DNA of 45,218 nt from Dehalococcoidia bacterium (GTDB taxonomy: Bacteria; Chloroflexota; Dehalococcoidia; JAENJB01): assembly GCA_016844565.1 (NCBI GenBank), contig JAENJB010000001.1, positions 1 to 45,218 of the forward strand, written 5' to 3'. A program made the position numbers and the translations under genes. Positions 42,849 to 45,218 of the stretch are shown here, in pieces; position 1 is the first letter of the stretch, and each line of letters opens with the position of its first letter. The notes beneath the pieces are model-generated. The model worked only from the letters and a program-made list of their open reading frames with translations, did not search any database and had not been told where the DNA came from.

Positions 42849-44957
42849 ATGCGACCAGAGGTCATCAGGACCAACTGCGGGATGTGTCATGGCGGCTGCG
42901 GCGTGCTGGCCCATGTGACCGGCGGGAAGCTGGTCAAGGTTGAAGGAGACCCCGATTGCCCCGCCAGCAGGGGAGCCTTATGCCCCCAGGGGCTATCCGC
43001 CACTCAGTACGTTTATCACCCAGACCGCCTGAAGCACCCGATGAAGCGGGTGGGGCAGAGAGGGGAAGGGAAATGGGAGCGGATATCCTGGGAGGAGGCC
43101 CTGGCCACGATAGCGGGGAAGCTGAGTGAGGTCAGGGAGAAGTACGGGCCGCTGGGCCTGGCGGTCTGCGGCGGGACGGGTAGGCCTGTCAGCTCTCAGT
43201 TGAGACGTTTTTCGAACATCTGGGGCACTCCGAACAGCCTCGGCACCGCCCACAACTGCATGTACCCCACGGTGGCGACCAACCATATCACCTACGGGAA
43301 CAACCATTCAGCCGATATGGAGAACTCCAGTTGCATCGTCAACTGGACGTTCAAGCTGCCTGCCCACCAGGGCACCGGTCGGAAGGCGTTAAACTTCATC
43401 CGCGGACTCAAGAAAGGGGCGAAGGTCATCTCCGTCGACCCCTACCTCTCCCCCCTGGCCGCCAAGAGCGATATCTGGCTCCAGATAAGGCCGGGCACCG
43501 ATTGCGCCATGGCGCTAGCCTGGCTGAATGAAATCATCAAAGGGCGCCTGTACGACCGGGAGTTTGTCGATAAGTGGACCTTCGGCTTCGACAGGCTAGC
43601 GGAGCATGTGGAAAGGTTCACCCCGGAGTGGGCGGAGCAGGTCACCTGGGTCCCCGCCGCCAGCATCAGGCAGGCGGCCCGCCTTTACGCCTCCAGCCGG
43701 CCGGCATCGATACATTCCCGGGTGGCCTGGGAGTTCGGGACCAACTCCACTAATACGGGGCGGAGCATCTATTTCCTGCCGGCGGTCACCGGCAACATCG
43801 ACACACCAGGCGGCAACATATTCTGGGAGGAGCCGCTGAGCCCCCAGCAACGCCTCGGCGTGGCCATGAAACCCGAGGACTGGAGCAAGGCGGTGGGCAA
43901 TTTCCCCCTGATCAACCGGGTACGCCCGGTGGCACGGCATGCGGGGTTCAGGGCCATGTTGACCGGCGAGCCTTATCCCATCAAGGCTTTGATGGTGCAT
44001 GCCAGCAATCCTATCGTCACCGGCGAGAACCCCAGGGGACTCATCTACGAGGCGATGATGAAGTTGGACTTCATCTCGGTGATGGATGTTTTCATGACGC
44101 CGACGGCCGAGCTGGCCGACATCGTGCTGCCGGCTTCTACCCCCTTTGAAAGGGACAACCTGCACGTGCCCAGCGGCCCCGACAGCTACGTGCCTCCCAC
44201 CCTGTGCGCCGCTCCGAAGGTGATAGAGCCGCTATGGGAGGCGAGACACGACGTGGAGGTCTTCATCGAGGTGCTCAAGAGGGTGGGCCTGAGCTACGGA
44301 GCGGAGTGTGTTGACGAGTACCTGGATGTGTCGCTTAAGCCAATAGGGCTTAACTTCGCGCAGCTCAAGGAAATGGGATGGGTGTCCAGACCGCAGGAGT
44401 GGAAGAAGTACGAGCGCGGCCTGTTGCGGCCGGATAACAAGCCCGGGTTCAATACGCCCTCGGGAAAGGTGGAGTTCTACTCCAGAGAGCTGGAGAAGTT
44501 GAAGCTCGACCCCCTGCCCGTCCACAAGGAGCCTCCGGAGAGTCCGGTGAGCACCCCCGAGCTGCTGGAGAGCTATCCCCTGGTGCTGACCACAGGCATC
44601 AGAAGTCCAGTCTTTTTCCATACGCAGTACCGTCAGTTGCCTTGGACCCGGGAGATTCACAGCGAGCCCAGGGTGAGGATAAACACGGAGACCGCCGCGA
44701 AGTTTGGCATAGAGAACAACGACTGGGTCTGGATTGAATCGCCGCGCGGCCGGTGCCGGCAGAGGGCGCTGCTCACGACCGGGATGGACCCGCGTGTGGT
44801 ACTGGCGGAGCATGGCTGGTGGTTCCCGGAGAGTCCGGGAGCGGAGCACGGGGCGTGGGAGGCCAACATCAACCTGCTGACGGACAGCGAACACCACGAC
44901 CCGGGGCTGGGCTCCACCCCGATGCGGAGCCTGTTGTGCAGGGTGTACAAGGCCTAG
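42849..44957 (+). CDS. Molybdopterin (Mo/W-bisPGD) oxidoreductase catalytic subunit, no Tat signal (cytoplasmic type)
   Basis: The N-terminal [4Fe-4S] motif is CGMCHGGCGV...C. The MopB body reads ...ISVDPYLSPLAAKSDIWLQIRPGTDCA... and a C-terminal molydop-binding barrel is present. I prefer ATG 42849 because track start 42714 overlaps tRNA-His. Confidence 0.9.
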   Translation: MRPEVIRTNCGMCHGGCGVLAHVTGGKLVKVEGDPDCPASRGALCPQGLSATQYVYHPDRLKHPMKRVGQRGEGKWERISWEEALATIAGKLSEVREKYGPLGLAVCGGTGRPVSSQLRRFSNIWGTPNSLGTAHNCMYPTVATNHITYGNNHSADMENSSCIVNWTFKLPAHQGTGRKALNFIRGLKKGAKVISVDPYLSPLAAKSDIWLQIRPGTDCAMALAWLNEIIKGRLYDREFVDKWTFGFDRLAEHVERFTPEWAEQVTWVPAASIRQAARLYASSRPASIHSRVAWEFGTNSTNTGRSIYFLPAVTGNIDTPGGNIFWEEPLSPQQRLGVAMKPEDWSKAVGNFPLINRVRPVARHAGFRAMLTGEPYPIKALMVHASNPIVTGENPRGLIYEAMMKLDFISVMDVFMTPTAELADIVLPASTPFERDNLHVPSGPDSYVPPTLCAAPKVIEPLWEARHDVEVFIEVLKRVGLSYGAECVDEYLDVSLKPIGLNFAQLKEMGWVSRPQEWKKYERGLLRPDNKPGFNTPSGKVEFYSRELEKLKLDPLPVHKEPPESPVSTPELLESYPLVLTTGIRSPVFFHTQYRQLPWTREIHSEPRVRINTETAAKFGIENNDWVWIESPRGRCRQRALLTTGMDPRVVLAEHGWWFPESPGAEHGAWEANINLLTDSEHHDPGLGSTPMRSLLCRVYKA

Positions 44958-44963
44958 TGCTCT

Positions 44964-45117
44964 GTCATTACCCCGAAAATAGCCACTTCTGGCACGTCCT
45001 GTCATGGCGAGCCCATCCTGACCTGTCGGTAGGGCGAAGCAATCTCTGAGCCACTAGTACCGTATGAGATTGCTTCGGGCTTCGCCCTCGCAATGACGAC
45101 AACTGCGGCGGGGCTAC
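44964..45117. repeat. Composite family A element: left module, 97-bp long isoform (45001-45097) and tail
   Basis: The left module is GTCATTACCCCGAAAATAGCCACTTCTGGCACG (compare 18186). The inner copy aligns with 14921 and 18223. The tail is GACAACTGCGGCGGGGCTA (compare 14823 and 15018). Confidence 0.85.
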
Positions 45118-45174
45118 CTTCATCCTTCATGATGCTGGCTGCAAACCAGAATGGTGGATTTTCACGAAAACACA

Positions 45175-45218
45175 TTCTCTCCCCCTTCAGGGGAGAACGA
45201 GTTGGAGTGAGGGGTAAG
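45175..45218. repeat. Family C hairpin repeat, cut by the window end
   Basis: The sequence reads CTCTCCCCCttcaGGGGAGAacGAGTTGGAGTGAGGGG. Confidence 0.55.

Noticed and set aside
42849-44957. A selenocysteine (in-frame TGA) or other recoding event in the molybdoenzyme.
   Set aside because: The reading frame is uninterrupted and a Cys occupies the likely ligand position. There is no SECIS-like requirement.

Overview
The window is a high-GC bacterial chromosomal segment. My hand counts on individual 60-nt lines give mostly about 57-65% GC. I call about 45 protein genes, two tRNAs (Pro-CGG on the minus strand, His-GUG on the plus strand) and one cobalamin riboswitch. The gene content (a bacterial Elp3, archease-RtcB, a SemiSWEET) and the repeat style resemble Chloroflexota/Dehalococcoidia-type genomes, but I cannot verify taxonomy here.

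Main blocks:
1. 1.0-8.1 kb: a tightly coupled string of a MerR-like HTH gene, a periplasmic binding protein, a multi-PAS/GAF histidine kinase, a CheY-type receiver, a REC-HD-GYP protein and PilT.
2. 9.05-16.7 kb: a B12-riboswitch-led anaerobic corrin operon, cbiX/cbiC fusion-cbtB-cbtA-cbiD-cbiE-cbiL-cbiF-cbiG-cbiH.
3. 16.7-29.5 kb: mixed housekeeping genes. These are an MBL hydrolase, a crotonase, a YugP-type peptidase, MazG, an ApgM-like candidate homoserine kinase, aspartate kinase, a SemiSWEET, an NDP-sugar pyrophosphorylase, an Nfu protein, an FMN reductase, a methyltransferase, Elp3 and a nitroreductase.
4. 29.9-32.3 kb: archease-rtcB directly followed by hicBA.
5. uvrA.
6. An ABC importer with no ATPase gene.
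7. A zinc-ribbon gene and a mini-Smr gene.
8. A leaderless-looking Mo/W-bisPGD oxidoreductase directly behind tRNA-His.

The largest structure not explained by genes is at least four families of short nested-palindromic (REP/MITE-like) repeats. By my tally they cover about 2.3 kb, about 5% of the window. They fill almost every long intergenic gap, are nested in one another, include copies that are 99-100% identical many kb apart, and appear in frame inside cbiG and cbiD.

Two genes (cbiD and the ABC permease) have conserved N-terminal sequence upstream of any ATG/GTG/TTG. Each has an SD-like motif followed by CTG at that position.

I found no transposase, integrase, CRISPR array, rRNA or recognisable defence system. 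I do not see a clear-cut new multi-gene system. The candidates below are ranked honestly and most need database or experimental checks that I cannot run.
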